The position numbers were made by a program, and so were the translations under genes. A stretch of DNA of 63,361 nucleotides, counting the filler, from Anaerolineae bacterium (GTDB taxonomy: Bacteria; Chloroflexota; Anaerolineae; Epilineales; Epilineaceae), in NCBI GenBank assembly GCA_029262755.1. It is 5 parts of 5 records of this genome, joined end to end, with 100 filler letters (N's around TTAATTAATTAA, not from the genome) between each part and the next. Parts side by side here need not be neighbours in the genome. Positions count along the whole stretch, not along the records: positions 28,844 to 49,234 come from JAJCYU010000184.1; 4 more parts are not named here. One strand, 5' to 3'. Position 1 is the first letter of the stretch. Each line of letters begins with the position of its first letter. This document shows, in pieces, positions 39,794-48,913 of this stretch. The notes beneath the pieces are model-generated. The model saw only the letters and a program-made list of their open reading frames with translations. It ran no database searches and was not told where the DNA came from.

Positions 39794-40222
39794 TTACTCG
39801 AAGCGCAGATCGACGTCGACCGAATCACCCAACCCTTCTGCGTCGGTCGGGTTCTGATACCCGGAGGCCACGGTCAAGCCGTTGAGAGGACCGCTCAGGT
39901 CGGCCTGGACGTAGTAGTACTCCCCACCGGCAATCGTGAAGCTGTAATCGCCGGAGCTATCGGTGGTCGTGTCGTCGACCTCGGTCGATGTGCCGGCATT
40001 GCAGCGATAGATTCGAATCGTCGCGCCGCTGACGCCCGTGTTGGTGTTATCGTTGTAGACGGTGCCCGTCCAGGTTGGCTCCGTGGGCGGCACGGGAGGA
40101 TCCGGGGCTCCGTTCACGTCATCACACGGTCCAGAAGCGACCATGAGATCGCCTTGCGGAGCTTGGGCAACGAACGCGATCAGTGTTGCGAACAGGATGA
40201 GGCCGATAATCTTGCGTGCCAT
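39794..40222 (-). CDS. Small secreted protein with carboxypeptidase-regulatory/SdrD-B-like domain
   Basis: AGGAG RBS; signal peptide; 'GTVYND....GVSGATI......TTTDSSGDYSF....GEYYV'. Confidence 0.8.
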   Translation of the reverse strand: MARKIIGLILFATLIAFVAQAPQGDLMVASGPCDDVNGAPDPPVPPTEPTWTGTVYNDNTNTGVSGATIRIYRCNAGTSTEVDDTTTDSSGDYSFTIAGGEYYYVQADLSGPLNGLTVASGYQNPTDAEGLGDSVDVDLRFE

Positions 40223-40269
40223 CGAAGACTCCTAAGAGCGGTCCACCGAAGGGGTAGGGGGTTGCTCAT

Positions 40270-40290
40270 TATGGGACAAGAATGGGAAAA
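40270..40290 (-). promoter_or_regulatory. Direct-repeat operator copy 2 abutting a -10-like CATAAT
   Basis: Minus strand TTTTCCCATTCTTGTCCCATAAT, about 48 bp upstream of ATG 40222. Confidence 0.55.
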
Positions 40291-40319
40291 ACCGAATTGC
40301 GCTTTTCGGAGGGATCCGT

Positions 40320-42503
40320 TTAGCGGTCTGCGAGTCGGTGATTCTTGGTCACGAGGGGCATGTGGATACGGACCGCAGGCTCCCATGGAAGAGGTGTCGT
40401 CACAGGCGTCGTGACGCGCCAAGACGTGACCGCGCCGTCGCTGGTTAGCAACACCTCGCCGTCCGCGGCCGATAGATCGAATGCCGGCGTGTTGCCTGCG
40501 ATGGGCGCAAATCCGAAGGCCGCTCGCATCCGCTCCTCCGGACGGGTGGGGTCTGTGACGTCGAGCAAGGCCAGGACTCCTTCCAAGGGTCGTCCGGCGA
40601 CCGTCCACGCCGCCCACAGGTCTTGGCCGTCCGTCGCAAGCGCAACACGACCATGTGGGCCGAGGTCGATATCGGATGCCGTGCGTGGATCGGCTGGGTC
40701 GCGCAGATCGAGCGTGGTCAGCATACCCGTTGCGTCGAGCACGTGTCCCCAGCCTTCGTCGACGGCCATCGCGGCGATCGCAGCCGCGATGTTCACCCGA
40801 TAGGGCGCGGCCAGCTGGATCGGCAGGGCGGGATCACGCATATCATAGGCCGCGACGCTCGCGCCGTCGGCGACCCATGCCCGCTCATTGTCCATGGCCA
40901 TCGCGACGGCCTCGATCGATAGCGCAAATGGTTCGGGTGGATCGGCGGGCCAAGGCGAGCGATCGTCGAAGAGCAGAGCCGCGCCTCGGCCACTGATCAG
41001 AATCCGAGCTAGGACATGACCCGGGCCGGCGTTCATCTCGCGGTAGTCGCGCGTCAGACCTGTTTCGACGTTCCGGGCGACATAGCGCTGCGTCCCGTCC
41101 GCAGGGTCGATCGCGATCACCCCGGCTTCGCCTGCTGCGTAGAGCACATCGCCGCCGAGAGCGAGGTCCTGGATCGTGCCGGGCACGGTCGCGAGATGGG
41201 TGAATGCGGGATCATCCGGCTCGCGATCGGTCGCGGCACCGTCCGCGTCTACTTGCACCGAAATCGCGAAGACCTCTCCCGTGCGATCCGCGGCCCATGC
41301 AAGGCCCGGCGCACGCACGGCCGCGGTGACCGCCCGGGCCGAAGGGGCGCGTCGGGCGGGCTGGGGCACCACCAGGTCGGCACCCTCCACGATCCAGGCC
41401 ACGCCGGGCTCGTCGCCCGTGCTGAGCGCCCACATACGGCTGCCGGTCGGCACGAGATCGGCAATGGGCGCCTCGAGCCCCGTTGCCTCGTGGCGATCGG
41501 GAGCCGATGCCGGTGACCGGGGGTCGGAGATGTCGAAGGCCCACGGACCTCCGGAGGTCGCCATCCAGAGCGTGTCTCCGGCCAAGCGCAGGCTGCCGAT
41601 ATCCGTTGGAAGTGTGCCGGGTCGAGCCGCTCCGATCGTGGGCACGGCGTCCTCGCTCGGAACGGGATTGCGGATATCCACCAGGAGCACGCCCGCCGAC
41701 CACGCTGCCACGGCCAAGGTAGAGCCACGGGCTGCAAGCGCAACGGCGTCGGGAGGCAGGTGGCCGAGCTGTATCGAGCGCGGCGGTCCCAATCCCGCGT
41801 GCGACGAGGTGTCGATCATCCACAGGGATGCCCGCCCTTGGGGGCTGAGCCCCGACAACGGTGCGGGGGCGCTGAGCACCAGGACGCCATATGCGGTCGG
41901 TTCGATCGCACGAACGATGCCCGGCATGGGAATTCGGTACAGGAGGCGCGGACGCTCGGGTTGCGAGAGATCGAGGATGTCCAACCCTGTGCCGCCCGTG
42001 CTCTGCCATCCATAGCCACCAGCCACCTCGATCTGCTCCGGTACGGAACGCAGCGGTAGCGCTCCGACGAGGCGGACGGCGTCCGGCGCGCGTACATCGA
42101 ACCCGAGCAGCGATCCGCGCGCACCGGGAGCGCCCGCGACGGCCCACACCACGCCGGCGCCCGGCTGCGCGGCGAGACGGGTGAGCGGTTGTCCTTGGAT
42201 CGCGCTCTCGCGAAGTGGGGTCTCCAACGTGGTCGCTGCGACATCGTGCACCTCGAGCCGACCGCCGCGCGCCACGTAGAGGTGGGCGGCATCCGCGGTC
42301 ATGGCGGTCACGATGCCACCGACGACAGCGACCGGCCGGAGCACTTCGGCCTGCGCGGCGGCCTGCGCGGCGGACACTGCTTCGACGCGCGAAGTCGTAC
42401 GCGCATCCGTCGGCCCGCGCACAGAGGCGGCCGATAGGGTCGCGCACACTAGGAGCAAAGCGGTCGCGGGGGGCGCGATGCGGGAACGATTCGGAGGGAT
42501 CAT
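40320..42503 (-). CDS. Secreted LVIVD-like beta-propeller protein with C-terminal IHMP motif
   Basis: Signal peptide; repeats 'GL.ILD(L/I)S.P..P', 'D(L/V)RDPA.P'; ends VRIHMPLVTKNHRLADR. Confidence 0.75.
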   Translation of the reverse strand: MIPPNRSRIAPPATALLLVCATLSAASVRGPTDARTTSRVEAVSAAQAAAQAEVLRPVAVVGGIVTAMTADAAHLYVARGGRLEVHDVAATTLETPLRESAIQGQPLTRLAAQPGAGVVWAVAGAPGARGSLLGFDVRAPDAVRLVGALPLRSVPEQIEVAGGYGWQSTGGTGLDILDLSQPERPRLLYRIPMPGIVRAIEPTAYGVLVLSAPAPLSGLSPQGRASLWMIDTSSHAGLGPPRSIQLGHLPPDAVALAARGSTLAVAAWSAGVLLVDIRNPVPSEDAVPTIGAARPGTLPTDIGSLRLAGDTLWMATSGGPWAFDISDPRSPASAPDRHEATGLEAPIADLVPTGSRMWALSTGDEPGVAWIVEGADLVVPQPARRAPSARAVTAAVRAPGLAWAADRTGEVFAISVQVDADGAATDREPDDPAFTHLATVPGTIQDLALGGDVLYAAGEAGVIAIDPADGTQRYVARNVETGLTRDYREMNAGPGHVLARILISGRGAALLFDDRSPWPADPPEPFALSIEAVAMAMDNERAWVADGASVAAYDMRDPALPIQLAAPYRVNIAAAIAAMAVDEGWGHVLDATGMLTTLDLRDPADPRTASDIDLGPHGRVALATDGQDLWAAWTVAGRPLEGVLALLDVTDPTRPEERMRAAFGFAPIAGNTPAFDLSAADGEVLLTSDGAVTSWRVTTPVTTPLPWEPAVRIHMPLVTKNHRLADR

Positions 42504-42657
42504 GGCCCCAGGATAGCGTGACGGCGTCGGGGGAAACGCGCCCGAGTTTAAGGCGTGTCCGCCCGATCCGATTCGAGCGAGCAGACGGCGCTGGGGACAT
42601 TTGGGACACGACCAAGTACTACTACTTTCGTCCAGCGTGCCGATGCCGGTTGGACTA

Positions 42658-45411
42658 CTACCCCGCGTGCGGTTTTTCGAGCGGACGCTCACGGTGTAGT
42701 ACGAGCCAATCGCCGCTTTCGGCCAGCGCTTCTTCGCCGAGGCGTTGCAGGACGGCGCGGGCGGCACCTGGCTCCGTGTCGGATCCTACCGCATCGGACT
42801 CGTTCCCGTCGGATCCTCCGGTCTCCGCGATGGTGGTCAGACGGTGGGAGGCGGTGGCGAAGAGTTGCGCCATGCGCCCGTAGCGCTTGGCGTGTTCGGC
42901 TCGCGCGAGCAGCTCGTCGTAGGTATGGACCAGGCCCGCCGTAATTGCGGTCGTCGTGATCGTCAGCAGGAAGGCGCCGTGCCAGAGCGGCGTCTCGACC
43001 GTGTGCCGCAGGTCGACCAGCCACGGCAAGGGGAGCAGCAACGGGACGACGAGGATCACCGCCAGCAAGACGGTCGCGACGAGGCTCACGCCGAGCAGCG
43101 CCTTCACTGTGCGCTCGACCCGTTCGTGCGCCGCGTGCTCGCGCTCCGCCCGCTTCGAGAAATAGTCGCGTTGATCGTCGACCCAGGCGCGCCGGACGAA
43201 CGCGAGCGCGCCGGGAGCGAGGGGGGCGGCGCGCATAGATCCGTGCGGCGTGGCATCGTTTGGCGAGGCAGCGGTCGACGCGGCATCGGCCGGCAACGAA
43301 TCGTTCGGCGAAGTTCGTTCTGCTTCGACGGCGGCCGCGGCGCCGGGGAGGTGAGTCCGCCCTTCGGTGACCGCGGCGCCGGTGGGGCGAAGGTCAAGAG
43401 CGCGCAGGGCCCGGCGGATCCAGGCGAGCTCACCGCGCTGCATGCCGCGGTAGTGGTCCGCGACGTCGTCGTCGATGCCGACGGTCCGCCAGTAGAGCTG
43501 CACGCGCAGGGCTTCCGCCAGCGCGCGTGCGTCCTGGTGGCGGTTCTGGTGGTCACCGCGCTGCGCACGACGTGCCACCCATGGCGCGATGATCGTGCTG
43601 AACGCGAGGGAGAGCAGCAGAAAGGCCCAGGGGTTGGCCAGGATCCATGCGAGCAGGGAGCCCGGGTTCGAAGGCTCCGCTGCGTGGTCGGAGGCGTCGG
43701 GAGCGTGATCGGTCGTGAGGATTGCGTGTTCGGGTCCATCGGCCGTTGCGTCGGTCGCGATGTTCGCGACGTTCGCGTGCTCGACATCGACGGTCGCGTG
43801 CCCGTCCGTGTCACTCGCGGCGACGTTCGCGTGCTCGTCGTCGTCGGCCGTTGCGTCGGTCGCGTGCTCGTCGTCATCGGCCGTCGAAGCGTGGTCGGCA
43901 TCGGCGCTCGTACCGGTATCGGAGGCGTGGTCCGCGTCTTGGTTCGCCGCGGGTTCTTGGTGGCTTTCGTCCTCCGAGGCATGGTCGTCAGCCGGCGCGC
44001 TCGCGTGCGTGTCGCCGGCGACCGACGCTTCGGGCGCGTGCCCGTCGTCCGCGCTCTCCGCCTCGCCGTGGCCGCCGGCGGCCGGGGGGTGGGCCGGTAG
44101 GACGTGGAAGACGGCGAAGGCCATCGCCGCGCCGAAGACCACGCGAAAGAGCAGTAGGCGCGCACGCGCCGTGGCACGTTGGCCGAGGATCGCGAGGGCG
44201 TCCGCGGTGCCGAAGGCGTCGAGCGCGCCATGTGCTTCCGGCGGCAACGTTGCGACGGCGTCCGGGAGGTCCGCGGGCGATGATCCGAGGGCGTAGGCCC
44301 GGCCTTGTTCGGCCATGGCAACCAGGGCCTCGCCGTTGGCGACCACATCGGCGTTGAAGCGTTCCAACGCGTCGAGGGCGGCGTTCGGGTCCGGCGTGCC
44401 CGCCGCGGGCAGGATGCGCAACGTGCCGGCAGGAGGAGGGGTTGTTGGGCGCGATATAGGGTCGCTTGTACTACGGGTTGCGCTTGTACTACGGGTTGCG
44501 CTTGTACCACGGGTTGCGGTCGCGGGCGCGTTGGTGCGTGCGGTCCCCGGTCCGTTGTCGGACGCGGTTTCGTCTGTGGACGATGGGGCTGCGTCTGCTG
44601 GACCTGCTGCTGTACCTGCTGCACCTGCTGTACCTGCCACGCCGTCGCTCGAAGCGCGCGGGGTCCAGATATGGTGGACGGGACCGGCGTCGGTCGGCTC
44701 CAGGAGGTGAGCGGCGCGTACGTGCGGCGGCAGCAAGCCGGACGGCACGCCCTCGAGGCGGAAGCGGACGACGTCGGCCGTGCCCCCGCTACGCGCCGGA
44801 ACGCCGGGCACGCCGTCCCACAGCGCCAGCAGGACATGGGCGTGGCGCGCGAGGTAGGCACCGAGGTAGGCGTATTGTCGATCCCGGTCAGGGCCCGGGT
44901 GCGCCAGTTGGTCGGGGTCGACGCCTGGACCCGGCGGCAGCGTCCAGGTGGCGTATGCCTGCTCCAGCAGAGCATCGAGCTCGGCGCGGGACGCGTCGTC
45001 CGCCATCGTGGTGGCGTAGATCGCGCGGGGAAGCGGGAGCGGCACGACGAGGCGCGCCCCGGCTTCCAGACCGGCGCGGGCGACAATCCGGTCGGCTCCG
45101 TCGGCGAGCGGCGAGAGCAGGACGAGCGGCGCGTGGGGCGCGCGATGGTGCAGATCGTCCATCACTGCGCGTACCGCGGCGCGCAGGGCGGGCACGTCCT
45201 CGGGGCGCGGATCGCGGTGGCCCGTGACCGCGACGACGAGCGGCAACGGGCCGGGGGTCGCGCCCGACTGTGCATCGCGGATTGGCGAAGCCGCCGAGCC
45301 TGCGTCGGCCGCGTGCGGCGTTGCGGTCGCGTCCGATCGCTTGGCCGGGGAGCGCCCGCCCCGCGCCGTGGGCTTGTGATGCACGGCGTCTTCGCTCTTC
45401 GAATCAGACAC
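42658..45411 (-). CDS. SLOG (YspA/DprA/LOG-like) domain plus two SLATT-like transmembrane domains, with His/Asp-rich insertion
   Basis: 'VAVTGHR...LLSPLADGADR...LP...Y...G..L...HVLLALWDG...GGTADVV' is a SLOG signature; two TM hairpins followed by 'ARALAEALR' and 'W..DQ..YF...Y.RM...L..E..AE..DW' are SLATT-like; GTG 45411 overlaps the upstream stop and has a GGAG RBS. Confidence 0.75.
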   Translation of the reverse strand: MSDSKSEDAVHHKPTARGGRSPAKRSDATATPHAADAGSAASPIRDAQSGATPGPLPLVVAVTGHRDPRPEDVPALRAAVRAVMDDLHHRAPHAPLVLLSPLADGADRIVARAGLEAGARLVVPLPLPRAIYATTMADDASRAELDALLEQAYATWTLPPGPGVDPDQLAHPGPDRDRQYAYLGAYLARHAHVLLALWDGVPGVPARSGGTADVVRFRLEGVPSGLLPPHVRAAHLLEPTDAGPVHHIWTPRASSDGVAGTAGAAGTAAGPADAAPSSTDETASDNGPGTARTNAPATATRGTSATRSTSATRSTSDPISRPTTPPPAGTLRILPAAGTPDPNAALDALERFNADVVANGEALVAMAEQGRAYALGSSPADLPDAVATLPPEAHGALDAFGTADALAILGQRATARARLLLFRVVFGAAMAFAVFHVLPAHPPAAGGHGEAESADDGHAPEASVAGDTHASAPADDHASEDESHQEPAANQDADHASDTGTSADADHASTADDDEHATDATADDDEHANVAASDTDGHATVDVEHANVANIATDATADGPEHAILTTDHAPDASDHAAEPSNPGSLLAWILANPWAFLLLSLAFSTIIAPWVARRAQRGDHQNRHQDARALAEALRVQLYWRTVGIDDDVADHYRGMQRGELAWIRRALRALDLRPTGAAVTEGRTHLPGAAAAVEAERTSPNDSLPADAASTAASPNDATPHGSMRAAPLAPGALAFVRRAWVDDQRDYFSKRAEREHAAHERVERTVKALLGVSLVATVLLAVILVVPLLLPLPWLVDLRHTVETPLWHGAFLLTITTTAITAGLVHTYDELLARAEHAKRYGRMAQLFATASHRLTTIAETGGSDGNESDAVGSDTEPGAARAVLQRLGEEALAESGDWLVLHRERPLEKPHAG
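44463..44516. repeat. 18-bp tandem repeat x3 within the SLOG-SLATT linker
   Basis: CGCTTGTACTACGGGTTG x2 plus CGCTTGTACCACGGGTTG; encodes ATR(S/G)TS repeats. Confidence 0.9.
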
Positions 45412-47401
45412 GATCGGTCTCCACGGGGGGCGGGGGCGTGCGCACGATCTGCAGTCCGGCGCGGAACAGGGCGCGCGGCAGATCGCGCACGGCCTGGCGG
45501 TTCGTCTCGCGCGCCGATTCGGGAAGCTGGTCCCACGGCACCAGATGCGGGTTTTGCTTGCGCTCGGTGTTTCGCGGTCCGACGCTCCATCCGGCCGCTC
45601 GGCGCGCGCTGAGCCAGCGCTCATGCTCCTGGCGGGCCATGGCATCCAAGTGCGCTTCGGGAAAGTGCAGATTGAGCGACGACCAATCGCCGAGCGGTCC
45701 GATCTCATAGCCCAACTCGGATAGCTTACGCACGGCATCGTCGGCCTGCACGCGGTTGGCCTCGCGCACTGTCTCGGGAAGATCGGGCCACGGGCGCATC
45801 GCCCGGTGCGCCTCGGCCTCGACGCCGAGCGCGCGCTGTTGGGCCACGTAGCCGGCGTGTGCCGCACGTGCCAGGAGCTCCGTCGCGCCGCCGAGGACCA
45901 GCTCCGGGCGACAGGCTTCGTCCAAGACGCCCACGGTCCGAAGGGGTGGCGGCTCTACACCGCCGGGCCGCGTGGTATCGGCCCGGGCGCTGTCATCCAG
46001 CTCGCGCACGAGCAGCCCGAGGCCGCGGTCCCGGTCGAGGCGCAGGATGATCGGGGCGCTCCGTCCGCGCGCGACGAACGCGGCGCGCACTTGGAGCGCG
46101 GCGGTCACCGCATCCGGCTCGTGCTCGAGGCAAATGAAGACGGCGTCCGCCGCGCCGCCGGGCGTGAAGGCACGGCCGGCCGCGGCGGAACGTGGGCCGG
46201 GTGTGGTGGACGAGGGGCCGGGGGTGGTGGGAGTGGGAAGCGGGGTGGAGGGGTCGAGGGTGGCGGGTGCGCCGGGTATCGTGGACGCGCTCGGTGTGGC
46301 GGGATCGGGATGATCCGGTCGCTTGAGGCCGGCGTCTTCCGCACCGTCCGCGGCGGTCGGAGGCGGGTTGATCGTGAATGCCGCGCCCATCTGTGAGAGA
46401 TCGGGTGCTTGCTCCATCGCCCGAATCTGCACTATGTCGTTCAAACCCGGATGCGTGCCGTGGAGACCCATCGTCGTCGCATCTGCGTCCTCGCCGAACA
46501 GCGTCACCTGCATCGGCTCCCTGCGGCCGGCGAGCCACCAATCACGCGCGGCATGGAGCACAAGGTGGCGCGCGAGACGCCCCGAGCCCACCACGAGCAG
46601 CCGGCGCGGGTCGCCTTGTTCGGGCGGCGGGAGGGCAGCGGCATCCAACATGGCGCGCGCCGCGATATCGGCGACGTGGAAGAAAGAGAGCCGCAGGCCG
46701 GAGTCGCCGGACAGCTCCCATTGGCGTAGCAGCGCCCACAGGTGCGCGTCGACGATGTGTACCGCACCGGTGAGCGGCGTCGAGCGGCCCTTCGCGAAGG
46801 GGCGCAAGCGCGCGGTCACCTCGGCGTTCACGCGGTCGTCGCCGCAGGTCACGATCACGTCGCGCGCCACGGCGACGCGTGCGCGGGTCAGGACGTCCGG
46901 CTCCGTCGCGTCGCCCACGACGACCACCGCGCCGAGGGCACGCGCCTCGCCGAGGGCCGGATGCGCCTCGTCGAGCTCGACGACCGCGACCCGGTCGCCG
47001 CGTTCCGCGAAACGATGCAAGAGCAAGTGTCCCTCTGCGCCGAGACCGCAGACCACGACATGGTCGCGCAGGCGGCGGGCGCGCAGGGGCTCGAAGGGGT
47101 CGAAGCGCACCAGATAGGCCGCCACGGTGGCTGTCGCGACGCTGACGATGCCGATGCCCACGGCCATCAACAACGTGGCGATCATGCGGCCACCGGCGGT
47201 GATGGGCGCGATATCGCCGTAGCCCACGGTCGTCAGCGTCACGACGGCCCACCAGAGGCTGTCCTGCCACGATCCGACGTCCGGGTTGGCGACCCGCTCG
47301 GTCGCGTGGAAGCCCGCGGCGCCGATCGCGATCGTGGCCGCGACAAGGGTGAGCAGAACGCGCAGCGTTGCGCGGAGCGAGCGGCCGCTTGTCGTACGCA
47401 T
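45404..47401 (-). CDS. Potassium channel (2TM, TVGYGD) with two TrkA-N/RCK domains and C-terminal RyR-repeat domain
   Basis: 'WWAVVTLTTVGYGDIAP' selectivity filter; Rossmann motifs 'VVCGLGAEG' and 'VVGSGRLA'; RyR-type 'LARAAH..Y...PWPDLPE..REAN' and 'MARQEHERW...R..GW..G.R...K.NP.LVPW.QL'. Confidence 0.88.
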   Translation of the reverse strand: MRTTSGRSLRATLRVLLTLVAATIAIGAAGFHATERVANPDVGSWQDSLWWAVVTLTTVGYGDIAPITAGGRMIATLLMAVGIGIVSVATATVAAYLVRFDPFEPLRARRLRDHVVVCGLGAEGHLLLHRFAERGDRVAVVELDEAHPALGEARALGAVVVVGDATEPDVLTRARVAVARDVIVTCGDDRVNAEVTARLRPFAKGRSTPLTGAVHIVDAHLWALLRQWELSGDSGLRLSFFHVADIAARAMLDAAALPPPEQGDPRRLLVVGSGRLARHLVLHAARDWWLAGRREPMQVTLFGEDADATTMGLHGTHPGLNDIVQIRAMEQAPDLSQMGAAFTINPPPTAADGAEDAGLKRPDHPDPATPSASTIPGAPATLDPSTPLPTPTTPGPSSTTPGPRSAAAGRAFTPGGAADAVFICLEHEPDAVTAALQVRAAFVARGRSAPIILRLDRDRGLGLLVRELDDSARADTTRPGGVEPPPLRTVGVLDEACRPELVLGGATELLARAAHAGYVAQQRALGVEAEAHRAMRPWPDLPETVREANRVQADDAVRKLSELGYEIGPLGDWSSLNLHFPEAHLDAMARQEHERWLSARRAAGWSVGPRNTERKQNPHLVPWDQLPESARETNRQAVRDLPRALFRAGLQIVRTPPPPVETDRV

Positions 47402-48513
47402 CAGGCTCCGTCGCCGGGCAGGTCGAGGAATCGCTCCAGATCCGCGAAGAGCGCGCGCACGGCCTCCGGTCGGACGGTGTGGCGCGCTTTGCGGCCCTCG
47501 CGCAGCGTCTCGATCAGCCCCGCCTCACGCAGCTGGCGGGCGTGGATGCTCACGGTCGGCCGCGCGAGCTCCAGATAAGCGGCGATCTGCGTATTGTCCA
47601 GGTCCAGGTGACGGATCAGGCGGAGGATCCGCAGGCGGGTGGGGTCAGCCACGGCCTTCAGCCGCACGGAGAGATCCTCGGCGAACGCGCCGAGCTGCCG
47701 GTAGAGGACGCCCGGTTGGGCGAAGGCGGTGATCGCCAGCCCGGGCAGCAGGATCAGCACGTCGTAGTGGCCGAGCGGCTCAACCAGGAAGAACACCCGC
47801 ATCCGGCCGGCGCTCACAGCCTCGTGCAAACCCGGCTTGTTCACCAAGGGGTTCTGCGGCGGCAGCCATTCGAGGGACGGCGGATTGGCCGCGTGTTCAC
47901 GAGCGCCGAGCTCCATGAGCCCGTGTCGCTCGAGCGCATCGGTCTCCGTGACTCGTTCGGCATGCCAATCGCGGTACGTGCTGTAGTAGAAGCGGTCGAG
48001 CAGGTGCCAGAACCGGCTGTGGAGATCGCCGCCTTGTAGCAGTCGGGGTAGCTGCGCAAGGTGGTGAACCTCGGGGTCGTGGCGCTCGGCGGACTTCACC
48101 ATGCCGACCGAGCCGTACACGGCCGCGGAGGTGTGTTCCCAGAGGTTCACGAGTTGCTCGCCCGGCGACAGATCGGGGTCCGGCTTGACGCCCGCCTCCG
48201 CGGCGCGGGCCGTCATGCGCGCCAGGGCCGTGGGCAGGTCGAGCTCGCGCATGGCGCGCGTCGCGGGGCCGTAGCGCTCCTCGAAGAGCACGTCGGACAG
48301 CCACGCCAGCACGATTGGGATCGGGACGGTGCTACGCAGCGGCCCGAACAGCTCCTCCCAAGCTTCGCGCCACTCCTCGGAGACGACCAAGGACAGCGAG
48401 GCCATTTCTCGTGGCAGCTCGGAAAGCGGCAGCCGGCCGCTCGCGCCGTAGAGGGCAAGGCCCAACTCCAGCGCGATCGACCGGCTGAGAATCCAGCCCG
48501 AATTGTCTGCCAT
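47401..48513 (-). CDS. ArsR/SmtB-family regulator with large N-terminal domain and C-terminal wHTH
   Basis: 'LKAVADPTRLRILRLI...IAAYLELARPTVSIHARQLREAGLI...REGR'; TGATG overlap with the channel gene. Confidence 0.85.
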   Translation of the reverse strand: MADNSGWILSRSIALELGLALYGASGRLPLSELPREMASLSLVVSEEWREAWEELFGPLRSTVPIPIVLAWLSDVLFEERYGPATRAMRELDLPTALARMTARAAEAGVKPDPDLSPGEQLVNLWEHTSAAVYGSVGMVKSAERHDPEVHHLAQLPRLLQGGDLHSRFWHLLDRFYYSTYRDWHAERVTETDALERHGLMELGAREHAANPPSLEWLPPQNPLVNKPGLHEAVSAGRMRVFFLVEPLGHYDVLILLPGLAITAFAQPGVLYRQLGAFAEDLSVRLKAVADPTRLRILRLIRHLDLDNTQIAAYLELARPTVSIHARQLREAGLIETLREGRKARHTVRPEAVRALFADLERFLDLPGDGA

Positions 48514-48604
48514 GGCGTCCCCTACCGGCGATCGTCGGTACGCCCCCAGCGGAGGACGTGGGGTGGACGATAGCCGGTAGGGAACGCGAACGGTAGCCCG
48601 GTGG

Positions 48605-48778
48605 CTACAGGATGCGCCCCAGATCGAACACCGCACAGTAGGCGCGCGGACTCATCGGCGGGGCGTCGAAAGCGTTGCTTTCGATCTTGGAATCATGCCG
48701 GCCACCGATAGCATATCGAGCACTGGGGCGCTCGCTGCGCGGGCGGCGAAGTCGACGGATCAAGGATCGTTCACTCAT
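48605..48778 (-). CDS. Putative 57-aa small protein upstream of the ArsR gene
   Basis: Below the ORF-track cutoff; GGAGG RBS then MSERSLIRRLRRPRSERPSARYAIGGRHDSKIESNAFDAPPMSPRAYCAVFDLGRIL*. Confidence 0.45.
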   Translation of the reverse strand: MSERSLIRRLRRPRSERPSARYAIGGRHDSKIESNAFDAPPMSPRAYCAVFDLGRIL

Positions 48779-48803
48779 CGTAGGTTTCCTCCAACGTGTT
48801 ACA

Positions 48804-48874
48804 AGTAGTCAAACGTCTACTAGACAAGAGTATACACCCGACTACGCGTAATGCAACCCGGTCAGTGTTAGAAT
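48804..48874. promoter_or_regulatory. Divergent promoter region with palindromic operator
   Basis: Minus strand TTGCAT-N16-TATACT (48856-48829); plus strand TGtTAGAAT (48866-48874); palindromes AGTAGTC-aaac-GTCTACT (48804-48821) and GTCTAcTAGAC (48815-48825). Confidence 0.45.
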
Positions 48875-48913
48875 GGCGTGAGCATCGGCGCGGTACCGGG
48901 GGGCGCCCACGCG

